Below, one piece after another: positions 10,260-20,540 of a stretch of DNA of 64,000 bases. The stretch covers positions 21,915 to 85,914 of the forward strand of contig JBEIFH010000001.1 of the NCBI GenBank assembly GCA_040382515.1, written 5' to 3'. Within the stretch, counting starts at the first letter, position 1. Every line of letters begins with the position of its first letter. Below the pieces are notes generated by a model that was not told where the DNA came from, searched no databases, and saw only the letters and a list, made by a program, of their open reading frames with translations. Source of the DNA: Chlamydiia bacterium. GTDB lineage: Bacteria > Chlamydiota > Chlamydiia > Chlamydiales > RGXB01. A program made the position numbers and the translations under genes.

Positions 10260-10880
10260 CTAGATTTTAACAAACGCCCCATTTTTGATCTCGTAAATCC
10301 TTGGGGTCATCAAAGGAATTTCCAAATGGACCACCTCCTCGTCGCTGATATGATCTAAAATTTTGACCATGGCACGTAGGGAATTTCCATGGGCGACGAT
10401 CAAAACATCCTCTCCCTGAGCTAGTTTCGGTTTCAATGTTTTTTCTAAAAAATCTTTTACTCGGATCTCTACATCAAAGAGGGACTCCCCTCCCGGTGGA
10501 CGGTCTTTGTAACCGCGCCTCCATTTTAAAAACTGCTCTTTGCCATAGATATCTTGCGTCTCTTGCTTGTTTTTCCCCTTCAGCTCCCCGTAATCCCGCT
10601 CGTCGATCCTTTTATCCTGAATGATTGCAATGTCTATCCCCTCGGTGCTATGAGAGGAGAAACTGAAAAGTTTTTTTTTCATACCCAGTAGTAGTGCCGC
10701 TGTCATTTTGCATCGAAACAAGCTGGAGGTGAAGACCACAGAAAATTCAGGGAGCTGGTCTGCTACGCTCAAGGCTTGAAAAACCCCCGTTAAGCTCAAT
10801 CCAACATCAATATCCCCCGTAAACCGGTTCTCTTTATTCCACAAAGATTCTGCATGTCGAATCAAAATTAGTTTTGACAA
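10260..10880 (-). CDS. gpmA: 2,3-bisphosphoglycerate-dependent phosphoglycerate mutase
   Basis: LILIRHAESLWNKENRFTGDIDVGLS contains the RHGE-type motif, and AHGNSLRA is present. The likely start is TTG at 10880..10878, 5 nt after GGAGG (10890..10886). The track start at 10922 is also TTG. Confidence 0.88.
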   Translation of the reverse strand: MSKLILIRHAESLWNKENRFTGDIDVGLSLTGVFQALSVADQLPEFSVVFTSSLFRCKMTAALLLGMKKKLFSFSSHSTEGIDIAIIQDKRIDERDYGELKGKNKQETQDIYGKEQFLKWRRGYKDRPPGGESLFDVEIRVKDFLEKTLKPKLAQGEDVLIVAHGNSLRAMVKILDHISDEEVVHLEIPLMTPRIYEIKNGAFVKI

Positions 10881-11047
10881 AATAACCTCCAATCTTCTTG
10901 GCAATACCGATCCCACTCCCAAAAAAAGGGATCTTACCCACTGTTTTTCATTATGTTAGCTAATCTTGTTTGACTCAAGGCGATTTTGTTGCAACTTTAG
11001 GGAATGTGCGTTAAAATGGTTGAGTAAATTGGATTTTTTAGGAAAAA

Positions 11048-11743
11048 ATGACACAGCGTCTCAACACTTTCATCGCCCGATTTCTCCCAACATCCCGCCG
11101 CAAAGCCGAGGAATTGATTTTTCAAGGCCAGGTAGAGGTGAACGGCGTTGTCCAAAAAGAGCCTTTTTTCCGCGTTGAACCACATGACAAAATCTTAGTG
11201 GACAAGCAGCCGGTCAAGTGTAGAAAACAATCCCTTTACTACGCCCTCAATAAACCGAGAGGATTTGTCTGCTCGGAAAAGCGATTCAAGCAAGAACGCC
11301 TCGTGACAGACCTTTTCCCTGCTTCCCAGGGTAGACTTTTTACGATCGGAAGATTGGATAAAGATAGCGAAGGATTGATCCTGATCACTAACGACGGGGC
11401 CTTTGCAAACACAGTAAGTAGCCCGCGATCGGGGGTAGAGAAAGAATATATCGTTAAAACGGTTCAAGAAATTTCTCACGAACATCTTGTACAGCTCTCC
11501 AAAGGGGGGTTTGTTGAGGGTGCCTATGTACGACCAAAATCGGTCGTTAAAGTGAGGAAGGGGACGACAAAAGTTGTCCTTAAAGAGGGTCGCAAACGGG
11601 AAATCCGTGTTCTTTTTGAGAAAGCGGGGCTTGAAATCACCGAATTGAAGCGTGTCCGGATCGGCAATCTGCAGCTAGGCTCGTTACAGCCCGGACAAAT
11701 CAGAGAATTGCTTGAGTCCGAAAAACTTGCGATAATCTCCTAA
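11048..11743 (+). CDS. Pseudouridine synthase, RsuA/RluB family, with an S4 domain
   Basis: N-terminal S4-like RLNTFIARFLPTSRRKAEELIFQGQVEVNG. Catalytic motif GRLDKDSEGLILITNDG. Confidence 0.88.
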   Translation: MTQRLNTFIARFLPTSRRKAEELIFQGQVEVNGVVQKEPFFRVEPHDKILVDKQPVKCRKQSLYYALNKPRGFVCSEKRFKQERLVTDLFPASQGRLFTIGRLDKDSEGLILITNDGAFANTVSSPRSGVEKEYIVKTVQEISHEHLVQLSKGGFVEGAYVRPKSVVKVRKGTTKVVLKEGRKREIRVLFEKAGLEITELKRVRIGNLQLGSLQPGQIRELLESEKLAIIS

Positions 11744-11798
11744 CTCCTCTATCCTCTGAAAAAAACGGTCTATAAAAGATCTTTTTAGGATAATCCCC

Positions 11799-12476
11799 AT
11801 GATCAAATTTTCTAAAATATTTGGGAGTAATCCCTTCAAGCTACTCATGGCGCACATGCAGATCGTAGCCTCCAGCATGGAAAAATTACAGGAGGGGATC
11901 CACTGCATGCTCGAAGGGCGGTATAAAGACGTTGACCCTATCGTCAAAGAACTCTCCCAAATTGAATTCAATGCCGATTCCCTAAAATTAGAGATCCGTA
12001 ACAGCATCAGAAAAGCTTTTTTTCCCATTATTCGCAAAGAAGACGTATTGGAGCTTATAGTTTTGCAAGACATGATTGCGAACAAAGCTTTGGAAGCGGG
12101 AAATATCCTCTCGTATAGAGAATTGGAGCTCCCGGCGGCGCTCAAACCCCTTTTTATCGATTACAACAAAAAATGTGTGGAAGTATTTGAAGACACCAAA
12201 AAAGTTGTCTTGGAACTTACCGATATTCTTGAGGCAAGTTTTGGAGGTCCGGAGTTTGAAAGGGTGCGCAGCATGGTGGAGATGACGGCACATAAGGAAT
12301 ACGAATCGGACATCTTGCGCCAAAGACTCATGAAAGAACTTTACTCCTTGAGTTCCCACGATAAAAATTTCACCCTATTTTACCAATCCAACAAATTTAT
12401 TGAGACCCTGGGACAAATTGCACACATTTGTGAGGGACTCGCACTTAAAATTCTTTTAACCCTTGATAAAAATTGA
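11799..12476 (+). CDS. DUF47 / PhoU-like phosphate-transport accessory protein
   Basis: Helical 225-aa protein whose TGA overlaps the ATG of the PiT gene (TGATG). Classic DUF47-PiT pairing. Confidence 0.65.
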   Translation: MIKFSKIFGSNPFKLLMAHMQIVASSMEKLQEGIHCMLEGRYKDVDPIVKELSQIEFNADSLKLEIRNSIRKAFFPIIRKEDVLELIVLQDMIANKALEAGNILSYRELELPAALKPLFIDYNKKCVEVFEDTKKVVLELTDILEASFGGPEFERVRSMVEMTAHKEYESDILRQRLMKELYSLSSHDKNFTLFYQSNKFIETLGQIAHICEGLALKILLTLDKN

Positions 12477-13897
12477 TGCCGTTGGAAATTGCTTTTGTCG
12501 CTTTTGTTCTTATAGTTGGTTTTTACATGCTCTGGAATATTGGAGCGAATGATGTTGCTAACGCGATAGGAACTTCTGTCGGCTCCGGATCTTTGACGAT
12601 GAAAAAAGCGATTTTTGTCGCTGCCGTTTTTGAATTTCTGGGAGCCTCTTTTTTCGGTTCGCACGTGTCAAAAACAATCCAAGGGGGGCTCATTGACTCC
12701 ACAGATTTCATCACAAATCCCTACACGATCGTTATTGGAATGTTAAGCGCCCTTTTGGCTACCTCAATCTGTCTTCAGGGGGCCAATTTAAAGGGGTGGC
12801 CTATCTCGACAACACATGCGATTGTCGGAGCGATTGTAGGTTTTGGGGTCATCGCCGGCGGCATGGACGCGGTCAACTGGGGTATTATCGGCACGATCGC
12901 CTCCAGCTGGATAATTTCTCCAGTTGCAAGTGCCATCACAGCATTTTTATTTTTCAAAATCGTCCAAAGATACATCCTTTTTGCTAAATACCCGGTTTTG
13001 GCAGCCAAAAGGCTCTTTCCGATTTTTGTTTTCATAGTCACATTTACATTCTTCACAACCATTTTTTCGGACCGTTTCGAGGGGGAGCATTCCTACTTTT
13101 ACGCTTTTTCGATCTCATTTTTTTTAGGACTGATAGCATTTATCGCGATCAAATATTGGCGCCCCTCTCCGCTAGATGACCAAGAAGAGATCTCTGTCCA
13201 CCAACAAAAATTAGACAGCCTTCAGGAGGCCTTAAAAAATCTGAAGCTTGCACAACTTTTTGCTTCCGAGTATGAGAGTAGCGAATTTCAGAGACTTGTA
13301 GATAAAACTAAGATGCTCACACGGGAGGTCAGAAAAAAAACCAATATTCGTAGCCCCTTGACGCACGATTACAACGTTGTGGAAAAACTTGTCAGTTTTT
13401 TACAGGTGCTGTCTGCTTGCTGTGTCGCCTTTGGACATGGGGCCAATGATGTTGCGAACGCCGTCGGTCCTGTAGCTGCCATTTTCAAAATTCTATACTC
13501 CCCGGATACGTTGTCACAAGCCAGCCCTATCCCTTTTTGGCTTCTTGTTTTTGGCGGTATTGGAATTGTGATTGGTCTTGCAACGTTTGGCTGGCGCGTG
13601 ATTGAAACCATAGGAAAAAAAATAACTGAGCTCACCCCAACCAGGGGCTTTTGCGCAGAATTTGGGGCGGCGGCCACAATCCTGATCGCCTCGAAGATCG
13701 GAATGCCGATCTCGACAACCCACTGCCTGGTTGGTGCGGTTTTAGGTGTCGGTTTTGCCAGAGGGCTTGCCGCTTTGAACCTGAGCATGATCCGCGACAT
13801 TGGCTTCTCCTGGCTGATCACCGTCCCCTCCAGCGCCCTCCTTTCGATGCTTATTTTTCTTATATTTGACTTTATTGGAAGTCAATTTGGATTTTAA
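12476..13897 (+). CDS. Inorganic phosphate transporter, PiT (PHO4) family
   Basis: The GANDVANA signature occurs twice (NIGANDVANAIGTSVGSG and HGANDVANAVGPVAA). Polytopic membrane protein. Confidence 0.92.
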   Translation: MPLEIAFVAFVLIVGFYMLWNIGANDVANAIGTSVGSGSLTMKKAIFVAAVFEFLGASFFGSHVSKTIQGGLIDSTDFITNPYTIVIGMLSALLATSICLQGANLKGWPISTTHAIVGAIVGFGVIAGGMDAVNWGIIGTIASSWIISPVASAITAFLFFKIVQRYILFAKYPVLAAKRLFPIFVFIVTFTFFTTIFSDRFEGEHSYFYAFSISFFLGLIAFIAIKYWRPSPLDDQEEISVHQQKLDSLQEALKNLKLAQLFASEYESSEFQRLVDKTKMLTREVRKKTNIRSPLTHDYNVVEKLVSFLQVLSACCVAFGHGANDVANAVGPVAAIFKILYSPDTLSQASPIPFWLLVFGGIGIVIGLATFGWRVIETIGKKITELTPTRGFCAEFGAAATILIASKIGMPISTTHCLVGAVLGVGFARGLAALNLSMIRDIGFSWLITVPSSALLSMLIFLIFDFIGSQFGF

Positions 13898-13977
13898 TCT
13901 GTAAAAAAATTTAACAATATAGCCTGTTAAAAAGAAGACTATTTGTTAAAAATTGGAAAATCCCTTAAAGAAAGGGA

Positions 13978-16557
13978 ATGAACCCATCCAAAGAAGTTAT
14001 TGCCTCTCAGGTCCAGCACATACGCCAAGTTGCCCTCATAGAATTCGGCCAGCCCTTCGAGGAGTTAAGCATTAGGGAAAAGGCCGAAGTTATAGCAATA
14101 GCCGCCAGGGAAGAGGTGCTGATTCGACAAGCTGCCACCCAAAAAACCTACCAAAAAACAAAATCAAAAAAACTATACTATCTATCTCTTGAGTATCTTC
14201 CTGGTGTTATGACTTTGATGAACATCATCAACGTTCTAGCCTTTGACAATCTTAAAGAAATTGCAAAAATTTTAAATTTCTCTGTAGAAGATATAGAGGA
14301 ATCCTATATCGATCCGGCTCTTGGAAATGGTGGTCTAGGGCGCCTGGCCTCTTGCTTTATGGACTCGTTAGCCACCCTGAATCTTCCTGCGATCGGCTAC
14401 GGTCTTTTATATGAGTACGGAATTTTTAAACAAGAAATCATCTACGGTACCCAAATCGAAACAGCAGAGACCTGGCTTGATAGACGAAACCCCTGGATTC
14501 GGTTTGATCCAAAAAGTTCCGCAAAAGTCCAGTACAACGGAGAACTTAGGGAAAGTAAAAATAAATCGGGAGAACCGACCTATTCCCTCACGAATTACGA
14601 TGAGGTCACTGCCCAATGCTTTAGCATACCTTCTGTGGGGTATGGTGAGTTTGGAGCGGTGAATCTTTTAAAACTTTTTTCGACCAAGGCTATCTCCTCA
14701 AACTTCAAAATCGTCTCTTTTTCCGCAGGGGACCTTGCCACAGCTACAAAATACACCCACATCACCTCGGTTTTATACCCTTCTGATGCGGTAGAGTTGG
14801 GGAAAGAATACCGCCTGATGCAGGAGTACCTGCTTGTGAGCGGGGCAATTCAGGATATTTTTAGAGATTTTTTTGCTAGCTACAATGACATTTCCCTGAT
14901 GAAAGAAAAGGTCACTATACAGCTCAATGACACACACCCTGCAATAGCGTGCGCAGAACTTATCCGGGTACTAGTGCGCGAATATCACACAACGATCCCA
15001 TTAGCATGGGAAATAACCTCGAGCTGCCTTAATTACACTAATCATACCATTCTTCAAGAGGCGCTTGAAAAGTGGGACGAACCCCTCTTTAGACGGATGC
15101 TTCCCCGGCAATTTAAAGCGATCGAATTGATCAATCAGTTTATTTGCGATCAGGTACGGGAAAAATTCCCCTATAACGAAGATCTGATCAGACAGATATC
15201 TATTATCCATGATAGCCGTGTCCACATGTCAAGGCTTTGTTGCCATGTGTGTAAAAAAATCAATGGAGTAGCAAAGCTTCACTCTGAATTGATCAAAGAG
15301 ACAATTTTCAAATACTTTTTCAAATTGTACCCTGAAAAATTCACAAACGTAACCAACGGGGTGACTTTTAGAAGATGGGCTCTTAAATGCAATCCCTCAC
15401 TGGCAAAATTCTTTGATGAGACAATTGGCCCCGGTTGGGTCACAGACTACAAAAAATTTGTGGATCTAAGAAAATTTGCAAACGACCCGAAATCAAAAAC
15501 TCGATTTAGTGAAATCAAAGAAGAGGCCAAGGCAAAACTCATATTTCACCTCGCCAATATTAGAGAACAAAAAGAGGGGAACAGCGATGGTCTTTGGGCG
15601 AATGTATTCCATCAAAATAAAGTCCCGGAGAAGGGGGTCTTTTTTGATCTGCAAATAAAAAGATTGCACGAATACAAAAGGCAGATGATGAATACCCTGC
15701 ATCTTCTTTTACTTTATAAAGAGATCAAAGAAAAATCCTACATACCCCCTGTCAAAAAATTCTCTGTTTTTGCCGGAAAGTCCGCCGCCTCTTACACGTT
15801 GATGAAAGATCTGATCCGGTTGATTTGCGCTATTTCGCGCCACGTGAACAATGATCCGGACGTGAGCGGTCATCTAAAGTGCCTCTTTGTTGCAAATTAC
15901 AACGTCGGAATTGCCGAAAAACTCATCCCCGCAGCCGATGTCTCCCAACAAATCTCCACAGCAGGATTTGAGGCTTCAGGAACCTCTCTTTTTAAATTTT
16001 GCCTTAACGGAGCTCTGCTTGTCGGGACGCTTGACGGCGCTACAATCGAACTCAAAGAGGCGGTTGGAGATGCCTATTTCCCTTTCATATTTGGAGCCAC
16101 AAAAGATGAGATTTTTGAAAAACTGGCCAATCACAGTTACCACCCCCAAACTTTAGTCTATCAAAACCCCCAGATACGCTGGCTTGTCGAAACGCTTCGC
16201 TCGGACCTTTTAGCTACGTATCCCGAGGAGAGGGAAGCTTTTTCACGTATTGCCGATTATATAGAAAATACCGACAGCTATTTTGTCTTGCTCGATCTTC
16301 TTAAATACCACCAGGTCCAAAAAGAGTGCCTTCAGGCTTATACAGACAAAGAAAAATGGAACCATCATGTTCTTATGAATATCGCCGGGGTTGGAAATTT
16401 TTCCTCAGACAGAAGTATCGAAGATTACGCTAAAAATATCTGGAACCTTCAACCGGTGCCGATGGACAAAACACTTTTGAATGAAATGCGTGCTATTTTT
16501 ATTGCTAACGATAAGTGTAATATAGACCCTAATATCTTTAAAGATCTTAAGGATTAG
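13978..16557 (+). CDS. glgP: Glycogen phosphorylase
   Basis: LGNGGLGRLASCFMDS, GVAKLHSE and the PLP-lysine region EASGTSLFKFCLNGALLVGTLDGATIE. Confidence 0.95.
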   Translation: MNPSKEVIASQVQHIRQVALIEFGQPFEELSIREKAEVIAIAAREEVLIRQAATQKTYQKTKSKKLYYLSLEYLPGVMTLMNIINVLAFDNLKEIAKILNFSVEDIEESYIDPALGNGGLGRLASCFMDSLATLNLPAIGYGLLYEYGIFKQEIIYGTQIETAETWLDRRNPWIRFDPKSSAKVQYNGELRESKNKSGEPTYSLTNYDEVTAQCFSIPSVGYGEFGAVNLLKLFSTKAISSNFKIVSFSAGDLATATKYTHITSVLYPSDAVELGKEYRLMQEYLLVSGAIQDIFRDFFASYNDISLMKEKVTIQLNDTHPAIACAELIRVLVREYHTTIPLAWEITSSCLNYTNHTILQEALEKWDEPLFRRMLPRQFKAIELINQFICDQVREKFPYNEDLIRQISIIHDSRVHMSRLCCHVCKKINGVAKLHSELIKETIFKYFFKLYPEKFTNVTNGVTFRRWALKCNPSLAKFFDETIGPGWVTDYKKFVDLRKFANDPKSKTRFSEIKEEAKAKLIFHLANIREQKEGNSDGLWANVFHQNKVPEKGVFFDLQIKRLHEYKRQMMNTLHLLLLYKEIKEKSYIPPVKKFSVFAGKSAASYTLMKDLIRLICAISRHVNNDPDVSGHLKCLFVANYNVGIAEKLIPAADVSQQISTAGFEASGTSLFKFCLNGALLVGTLDGATIELKEAVGDAYFPFIFGATKDEIFEKLANHSYHPQTLVYQNPQIRWLVETLRSDLLATYPEEREAFSRIADYIENTDSYFVLLDLLKYHQVQKECLQAYTDKEKWNHHVLMNIAGVGNFSSDRSIEDYAKNIWNLQPVPMDKTLLNEMRAIFIANDKCNIDPNIFKDLKD

Positions 16558-17260
16558 GGATAATACCCCACTTCATCATAATAGCGTTGAGAGTCCCGTC
16601 TTTTCGCATCTTGGCTATTTCTTTTAGCGCCACATCCACATTCCTATTTGTTTTTTTTGATAGGAACCTAAAATACCTATCGTTAACCTCATAAGGGTCT
16701 ACCCTATATTCGGTTTCAAACATCCTGAAATAGACCACAGGGACTAAAATAGCAGAACAAACCGATTTTGAGAGCTGTATGAATGCGTCTGTATCTTCTT
16801 TATAAAAACCAAAGTCGACCTTAGGGTATTTTGCAATTAAAAAAGAAGCCTCTTCATTATTCATCACAAGGACCCTTCTTGAATCTAAATTTGTTAGGTT
16901 ACGCCTATCGTCTTTTTGCGTTACAAGGTACAACCCATTGTAAATCAGATTTTCTGAAAATCGATATTTTTCTTTTTGCATCATGAATGCACTCAAGTCA
17001 GAAAACATCAAGTCGACCTGCCCCCCTTCCAAAAGGTCCTCCAGAGAATCTTGGGAGGCATGAACTTGTTCAATCTGCATGCCGCTATTTTTTTCTAAAG
17101 TTTGGATAATTTCATCCAGACACCCTTTCATTCTTGCCGTCTGCATATTCAGAACAAAGGTGCTAGGATCGAGCGCCAGCTTTAGCTTGGGGCTGTTTTT
17201 TGATCCCGAACAGCCGATAAAAGAAAAAAAAATCGAGAAAAAAATGAAGATTCTAAACAT
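16547..17260 (-). CDS. Orphan periplasmic solute-binding lipoprotein (family 3, amino-acid-binding-like)
   Basis: Lipobox FSFIGC|SGSK. SBP_bac_3-like layout. No permease or ATPase gene adjacent. Its 3' end overlaps the glgP 3' end by 11 nt (convergent). Confidence 0.65.
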   Translation of the reverse strand: MFRIFIFFSIFFSFIGCSGSKNSPKLKLALDPSTFVLNMQTARMKGCLDEIIQTLEKNSGMQIEQVHASQDSLEDLLEGGQVDLMFSDLSAFMMQKEKYRFSENLIYNGLYLVTQKDDRRNLTNLDSRRVLVMNNEEASFLIAKYPKVDFGFYKEDTDAFIQLSKSVCSAILVPVVYFRMFETEYRVDPYEVNDRYFRFLSKKTNRNVDVALKEIAKMRKDGTLNAIMMKWGIIPNP

Positions 17261-17404
17261 GCCCTCAACTATACGACAAATCGATTTATGCTTACACGTG
17301 AATCAATGATTGCATAATAAATCAAAACAGATCAAATGAGAAAAAATCGAGATGGTGCTAAACTATCCATCGCCATACTCGAGAAAAAGCATTTGGAGAT
17401 AAGA

Positions 17405-18274
17405 ATGAAGCGCTTCTGTTTGAGATTTTTGAATGTCTTATTCTTTCTTTTTCTTTTGGGTTGCGACAGTAAAACTGAAATTGTTTCGAACATTGACGAA
17501 AGAGAAGCAAACATTATAGTCGTTTTCTTAGAGAGCAAAGGGATCTCTGCAACAAAAGAAATGATGCCAGTAGCTGCAGGCGCAGAAGGTGGTGGGGCTG
17601 CGAAATACAACATCGTTGCGCAACGGGAGAAAGCTATCGAAGCGATGACTTTGTTGAACCAAAATGGTTTGCCAAAACGGGTTGGCCCAAATCTTCTTGA
17701 ACTATTCGCCCCTTCGGGATTGATGACCTCTGACAAACAAGAAACAATCCGCTACCAAGCCGGCCTGGCACAACAGATTCAAAATACCATTATGATGATC
17801 GACGGTGTGATTGATGTGTCGGTACAGATCTCCTTTCCACCATCTGAGGCAGTAGAAGGGTCCAACAGAATCACTGCAGCCGTGTTTGTAAAGCATCAAG
17901 GAATTATTGATGATCCAAACAGCCACTTGGAATCGAAAATCAAGCGTTTGGTCTCTGGAAGCGTCAATGGACTTGAAATCAATGATGTTACCGTTGTTTC
18001 CGACAGATCAAGACTCAACGATATCCCCACCACAATAGATCAGGGGAGAATAGCTCAGGATTTTGTTCAGGTCTGGTCGATTACGATGACAAAAAGATCT
18101 CTCGGGGTCTTCCGTTTCATTTTTGGCTCACTTTTGACAGTTCTTGTTCTATCACTCCTTTCAATTGGTTGGATTCTATACAAAGTCTATCCCCTCATAC
18201 GCGAAAACGGTGGTTTTAAAGAACTTTTAATCCCATTGCCGGTTATGAAAAAGAAAGAGGAGTCGAACCATTAA
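17405..18274 (+). CDS. sctJ: T3SS inner-membrane ring lipoprotein SctJ (CdsJ/YscJ)
   Basis: MKRFCLRFLNVLFFLFLLGC|DSK lipobox. YscJ/FliF-type EREANIIVVFLESKGISA. C-terminal TM helix. I prefer the internal ATG at 17405. Confidence 0.88.
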   Translation: MKRFCLRFLNVLFFLFLLGCDSKTEIVSNIDEREANIIVVFLESKGISATKEMMPVAAGAEGGGAAKYNIVAQREKAIEAMTLLNQNGLPKRVGPNLLELFAPSGLMTSDKQETIRYQAGLAQQIQNTIMMIDGVIDVSVQISFPPSEAVEGSNRITAAVFVKHQGIIDDPNSHLESKIKRLVSGSVNGLEINDVTVVSDRSRLNDIPTTIDQGRIAQDFVQVWSITMTKRSLGVFRFIFGSLLTVLVLSLLSIGWILYKVYPLIRENGGFKELLIPLPVMKKKEESNH

Positions 18275-18302
18275 TAAAGAGCTTTTTACCCTCAAGTGGT
18301 TA

Positions 18303-18905
18303 TTGGGTAGCGATGCACACCTGTTCAAATTTTTAGACGAGGCTTCTAGGGAAGAGATTAAAAAAATCCCCCTGATGGAACGTGCTCCCCCCACCCCATT
18401 TGAAATGCAGGGGATGGATCCTTTGCAGAAAGAGTTCTATATAAAAATGCACCCGCACCTCCCCTCCCCCTATTTCCTTACAAAAGATCCTTTGAACCGC
18501 CTTATTTCCCTTTCAAAAGAGCAGTTGGATCAAATTTGCCGCTATCTGGGCCTATACGATCTTTATCAAGAGATCAAGCACGTGGTGAAAACGAATGTTT
18601 TTCAATCTCTAAAAATCGCTTTGTCTCAAAAAGAGCTGCAATTTTTAGAGATATGCCGCCATGAAAGTAACCCGGTGCATCTTCCGGCCATGCATATCGG
18701 AGCCTGGGATCTAAAAAAGGATACTCTGGATAAAGCTCTCTATGAGCGTGGGAAAACGAGACTGCGGGGGGCCTTATCGTCTTCTTACGGAACCCTTTTT
18801 CCCCTTATCCCCGCAAATTTCTCCCCACCTGAACAAAAACCTTCTAAAGAAATCATTGACATATTGTTAAAACAGGTCGAAACCGTTCTAAGCAGGGCTT
18901 TATAA
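18303..18905 (+). CDS. Hypothetical protein in the SctK position of the T3SS operon
   Basis: Lies between sctJ and sctL, as CT560 does in C. trachomatis (recalled). No motif recognised. Start is uncertain: TTG at 18303 or ATG at 18375. Confidence 0.6.
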   Translation: MGSDAHLFKFLDEASREEIKKIPLMERAPPTPFEMQGMDPLQKEFYIKMHPHLPSPYFLTKDPLNRLISLSKEQLDQICRYLGLYDLYQEIKHVVKTNVFQSLKIALSQKELQFLEICRHESNPVHLPAMHIGAWDLKKDTLDKALYERGKTRLRGALSSSYGTLFPLIPANFSPPEQKPSKEIIDILLKQVETVLSRAL

Positions 18906-18907
18906 CT

Positions 18908-19528
18908 ATGTTACCTATTTCAAAACAGCGCCCGTTCAAACTCCAGGAAGGGCAAAAAATTGTCCGTCATAAAGATTGGGAAGAGCTCCTAACACTCGAC
19001 CAGCTGATAATACAAGCCGAAAAAGAACTCAAAGAAGCGCACGAACAACTTGCTCTTGACCGTATCGAAGAGGAGAAAAAAGGATTTGATGAAGGTTTTA
19101 AAAAAGGGGAATTCACCTTTTTTGAACATTTGAAGCTTTTCGAAGAAAAATTACGGGAATTGCGCCTGGAGATGCAAAAATCGGTTCTGCCTCTGGTGAT
19201 CAAGGCTAGTAAAAAGATCGTAGCAAAAGAGCTCGATACCGCTCCAGAGTCGATCGTTTCTATTGTTATGGATGCCATCCAACCCGTGTTGACCTCTAAA
19301 ATTGTCCGCATATTCGTTTCAAAAGAAGATTTCTCCTATATCGAAACTGAAAAACCTGCAATTAAAGCTCTGTTTGAAGCAGCTGAAACCTTCACGATCG
19401 GGTTCAAAGAAGATCTAGAAAAAGGGTCTTGTCTTATTGAAACCGATAAAGGGGTGATCAACTCTTCAATCGATTTAAAACTTAAAGCACTTGAATCCGC
19501 ATTTGAACGATTTGGAAGACCCACATGA
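18908..19528 (+). CDS. sctL: T3SS stator protein SctL (CdsL, FliH-like)
   Basis: Position before sctR, a charged coiled-coil N-terminal half and a FliH-like C-terminal half. Its stop overlaps the sctR ATG (ATGA). Confidence 0.7.
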   Translation: MLPISKQRPFKLQEGQKIVRHKDWEELLTLDQLIIQAEKELKEAHEQLALDRIEEEKKGFDEGFKKGEFTFFEHLKLFEEKLRELRLEMQKSVLPLVIKASKKIVAKELDTAPESIVSIVMDAIQPVLTSKIVRIFVSKEDFSYIETEKPAIKALFEAAETFTIGFKEDLEKGSCLIETDKGVINSSIDLKLKALESAFERFGRPT

Positions 19529-20259
19529 ACGTATTTAGCCTGCTCCTCTACCTTCAACTACTAGCTACCGATTCCGCAGCAGACACAATGACGAGTGCCT
19601 CCGTTGTAACGAGAATGGCCGTCATCGCCGGATTAGCTCTTCTCCCCTTTGCCGTGATGCTCCTTACCTCATTTACGAAGATGGTTGTTGTCCTCTCTCT
19701 TTTAAGACAAGCGATCGGAGTGCAACAGGCACCACCGAACCAGGTAATCAACGGGATGGCTATTTTAATGAGCGTTTATGTCATGTTTCCAACCGGGCTC
19801 CAAATGTACCAAGAGGCAAGTAAATACATAGAAAACCAACCCAAGACGGAGCTTTTTTCATCTGAATCGGCACTATTTGTAAAAAATGTTGTCGATGTCA
19901 GCAAAGAACCCTTACGAAAATTTCTCCAAAAAAACACGTCTAGAACTCATATCAACTATTTTTATAAACTCGCCTACTCAAAGTTTCCCCAAGAATTTAA
20001 AAAAAGCCTGGCAAATTCTGACTTTATCGTCTTGATCCCGGCCTACATCACATCCCAGCTCAAAGGGGCTTTTGAAATCGGCGTCCTAATCTACCTCCCA
20101 TTTTTTGTGATCGATCTTGTCACATCCAATATTCTCCTCGCGATGGGGATGATGATGCTTTCTCCTTTAACCATAGCGTTACCTCTAAAGCTTTTACTTT
20201 TAGTGATGGTGGATGGTTGGACTTTGATCATACAAGGGATTGTGCAAACATATAAATAG
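19525..20259 (+). CDS. sctR: T3SS export apparatus protein SctR (FliP family)
   Basis: SFTKMVVVLSLLRQAIGVQQAPPNQVINGMAILMSVYVMFP and GAFEIGVLIYLPFFVIDLV are FliP signatures. Confidence 0.92.
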   Translation: MNVFSLLLYLQLLATDSAADTMTSASVVTRMAVIAGLALLPFAVMLLTSFTKMVVVLSLLRQAIGVQQAPPNQVINGMAILMSVYVMFPTGLQMYQEASKYIENQPKTELFSSESALFVKNVVDVSKEPLRKFLQKNTSRTHINYFYKLAYSKFPQEFKKSLANSDFIVLIPAYITSQLKGAFEIGVLIYLPFFVIDLVTSNILLAMGMMMLSPLTIALPLKLLLLVMVDGWTLIIQGIVQTYK

Positions 20260-20270
20260 GAGCCCTTTTT

Positions 20271-20540
20271 ATGTTCCAGTCTGAAATCTACCAACTGAGC
20301 TATCAAGCGCTTTTACTGATCCTCATACTTTCCGGACCTCCGATTTTCATTAGTATGATTTTGGGTTTAATTGTTGCCATTTTCCAGGCTGCTACCCAAA
20401 TACAGGAACAAACATTGTCTTTTACAATAAAACTCGTTGCGGTGATGTTCACGCTTATGTTTATGGGCGGAATGCTAAGTTCCCAAATCGCTCAATTCAC
20501 CTACACCATTTTACAAAACTTTTCAAAATGGAATGGTTAG
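20271..20540 (+). CDS. sctS: T3SS export apparatus protein SctS (FliQ family)
   Basis: 89 aa with two TM segments and AIFQAATQIQEQTLSF. Confidence 0.92.
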   Translation: MFQSEIYQLSYQALLLILILSGPPIFISMILGLIVAIFQAATQIQEQTLSFTIKLVAVMFTLMFMGGMLSSQIAQFTYTILQNFSKWNG